A DNA stretch of 64,000 nt from Torpedo marmorata. Its lineage: Eukaryota. A program made the translations under genes and the position numbers. A model generated the notes under the pieces. It searched no databases, was not told the DNA's origin, and worked only from the letters and a program-made list of their open reading frames with translations. The DNA lies in the NCBI GenBank assembly GCA_977017645.1, contig OZ360238.1, forward strand, positions 45,260,001 to 45,324,000, written 5' to 3'. Every line of letters starts with the position of its first letter. The first letter of the stretch is position 1. Shown here piece after piece: positions 61,661 through 64,000 of this stretch.

Positions 61661-62905
61661 TCAGAATCAGAATCAGAATTTATTGTCATGAACAAGTCAT
61701 GAAATTCGGTGTTTTGCAGCAGCATCATTGTGCAAACATTCACATATTAACCATCTTATAACGTTACTATAAAAAAATTAAAATAATAGTGCATGAAACG
61801 TAAGGTAGTGTCTTTGGTTCATTGATTATTCAGGAATCTGATGGCAGCGGGGAAGAAGCTGTCCTTGTGCTGTTGAGTGCTCATCTTTAGGCTCCTGTAC
61901 ATTTTTCCCGATGGTAGCAGAGTGAAGAGGCCATGGCCTGGGTGGTGGGGGTCTTTGAAGATGGAGGCTGCTTTTTTAAGACACCGCCTCATGTAGATGT
62001 CCTCGATGGAGTGAAATCTGGTGCCTGTGATGTCACAGGCCGTTAACAACCCTCTGGAGTTTATTCTTGTCCTGAGAGTTGGCGCCTCTATACCAGGCAG
62101 TGATGCAACCAGCCAGAATGCTCTCCACGGTACACCTGTAGAAGTTTACGAGAGTCTTCGATGACATTCCGAATCTCCTCAGACACCTCACAAAGTATAG
62201 CCGCTGGCGAGCCTTCTTTATGATTGCATCAACGTGGAGGCTCCAGGACAGGTCCTCAGAGATGTTGACACCCAGGAATTTGAAGTTCTTGACCCTCTCC
62301 ACTACTGAGCCCTCGATAAGGACAGGGTCGTGTTCCCCTGACTTCCTCCTGAAGTCCACAATCATTTCCTTGGTTTTGCTGACGTTGAGCGCAAGGTTGT
62401 TGTCGTTACACCATTCAACGAGCTGATCTATCTCCCTCCAGTATGCTTCCTCATTGCCGTTTGTGATTCTGCCGACAACTGTGGTGTCATCGGCAAACTT
62501 GTAGATAGCATTGGAATTGTGCCTGGCCACACAGTCATGGGTGTATAATGAGTAGAGCAGTGGGCTAAGCACGCATCCTTGGGGTGTGCCTGTGTTGATA
62601 ATCAGTGAGGACGAGACGTTGTTTCCATTTCATACTGACTTGTGGTCTTCTGATGAGAAATTCAAGGATCCAGTTGCAGAGGGGGTACAGAGGCCTAGAG
62701 TTTGTAGCTTCTTGACCAGTACTGAGGGAATAATGGTATTGAAGGCCGAGCTGTAGTCGATGAAGAGCAGCCGTACGTATGAATTGCTGTTTTCGAGGTG
62801 ATCCAGAGCTGAGTGGAGAGCCAACGATATTGCATCTGCTGTGGAGCGATTGTGACGATAGGCGAATTGAAGTGGTTCAGGATCTTTGCTTAGGTACATG
62901 TTAAT
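61661..62905 (-). mobile_element. Rex1 3' half (same family as 49635-51770)
   Basis: Near-identical reverse complement of 50540-51770, including the (TTCTGA)n tail. Confidence 0.92.
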
Positions 62906-64000
62906 ACCGGCGACTCTTTGCGTGCAGCTCTGACGGGAATAATCAAGTATTCCTGTTCAGAACTCCTAAAAATCAGAACGAACACAAAAGCATACTTACC
63001 CTACAACGGGGATGTCCAAAGATCGCTGGAAGAACTAGGAATCGGAACCGCGGGACCTTTAAAGAACTCACGAAGGTACAGCTGCAGTCTCCGTCGGGCC
63101 GCGGGACCTTCAATCAACTCACTCAGGTACAGCTGCGGCACCGCGGGAGTTTTAAACTGCCAGAGAATGGGCCGTTCAAACTTCGCGGGAGCCGCAGACA
63201 GCAGGCACTCAACACAATTACAAATCGCGCAGGATTTAAAGGGACAGCGCACAGTCCGTTTAAACACTGCGGGACCTACCGGCAGCGGATCCAAGGGCCA
63301 GGTAAAGAAGTCCCGACCACGTAGACGCGGATCCAAGGGCCAGGTAAAGAAGTCCCGACCACGGGGACGCAGAGGGGGGCTACAAGTCAAACTGAGAAGG
63401 GGGGACCTGAAGCTTCCGCTCCCTACCATCCTCCTGGCCAACGTTCAATCCTTGGAGAACAAATTTGATGAACTTCAAGCCAGAATTCAATATCAGGGAG
63501 TCATCAGGGAGTGCTGCGTGATGTGCTTCACAGAAACGTGGCTAAATAAGGACATTCCGGACACGGCGCTACAGCCCAAGGGCTACACCCTCCACCGCGC
63601 TGACCGAACACCGGCGTCTGGAAAAACCAGGGGAGGCGGCGTGTGTGTCATCATCAATTCATCGTGGTGCACAGACGTGACGGTCATGTCCCAGTCCTGC
63701 TCCCCCGACCTAGAACATCTGGCGATCAAGTGTCGCCCATTCTATCTGCCGAGGGAGTTCACCGCCATCATCCTGGTCACAGTGTACATTCCGCCCCAGG
63801 CTAACGTCAGGCTGGCACTGGAGGGACTGAGCACTGTGATAAACAGCCATGAGACAGCACATCCTGATGCCTTCCCGATCATTGTGGGAGACTTCAATCA
63901 GGCCAACCTGAAGAAGTCACTGACAAACTACCACCAACACATCACTTGCGAGACCAGGGGAACCAACACACTCGACCACTGCTACACCACCGTGAAGAAC
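62906..64000 (+). mobile_element. Rex1 5' part: open frame from the N-terminus into the APE endonuclease, running off the right edge
   Basis: Hand translation gives IKYSCSELLKIR...[54 protein letters not shown]. It is absent from the ORF track, presumably because no stop occurs before the window edge. Confidence 0.88.

Noticed and set aside
63001-63441. 146-aa minus-strand ORF
   Set aside because: Antisense shadow of the open plus-strand Rex1 frame.

Overview
This is eukaryotic (vertebrate) genomic DNA, most likely from a cartilaginous fish (shark or ray). That assignment is inferred from the repeat repertoire: HER1/CR1-type LINEs, HE1/V-SINE-like and Deu-SINE-like relics, Rex1/Babar and Penelope-like elements. 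The only host coding sequence I can support is one 142-bp internal exon of an SNRK-like (SNF-related) Ser/Thr kinase gene at 31980-32121 (+), so the window appears to be two long introns. By my annotation roughly 60% of it is nested transposable elements: two Penelope-like elements (RT + GIY-YIG), a Tc1 relic, many CR1 and Rex1 LINE fragments, L1/Tx1 fragments, MITEs and SINEs. It also holds three different Ty3/Gypsy lineages: a near-intact CsRn1/kabuki-like element with a tRNA-Trp PBS, a Gmr1-like element with a tRNA-Pro PBS and integrase ahead of RT, and a Mag-like element with a tRNA-Leu PBS. The most notable observations are: (1) two SINEs share one 3' body but carry different Pol III heads, 5S rRNA versus tRNA-Thr(UGU); (2) minimal hammerhead-ribozyme-like modules occur both in Penelope terminal repeats and as free ~100-bp TSD-flanked or fold-back insertions; (3) a head-to-head Rex1 structure resembles twin priming; (4) an inversion flips the PBS and gag start of the Gmr1-like element. 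Family names come from motif recognition, not database searches.
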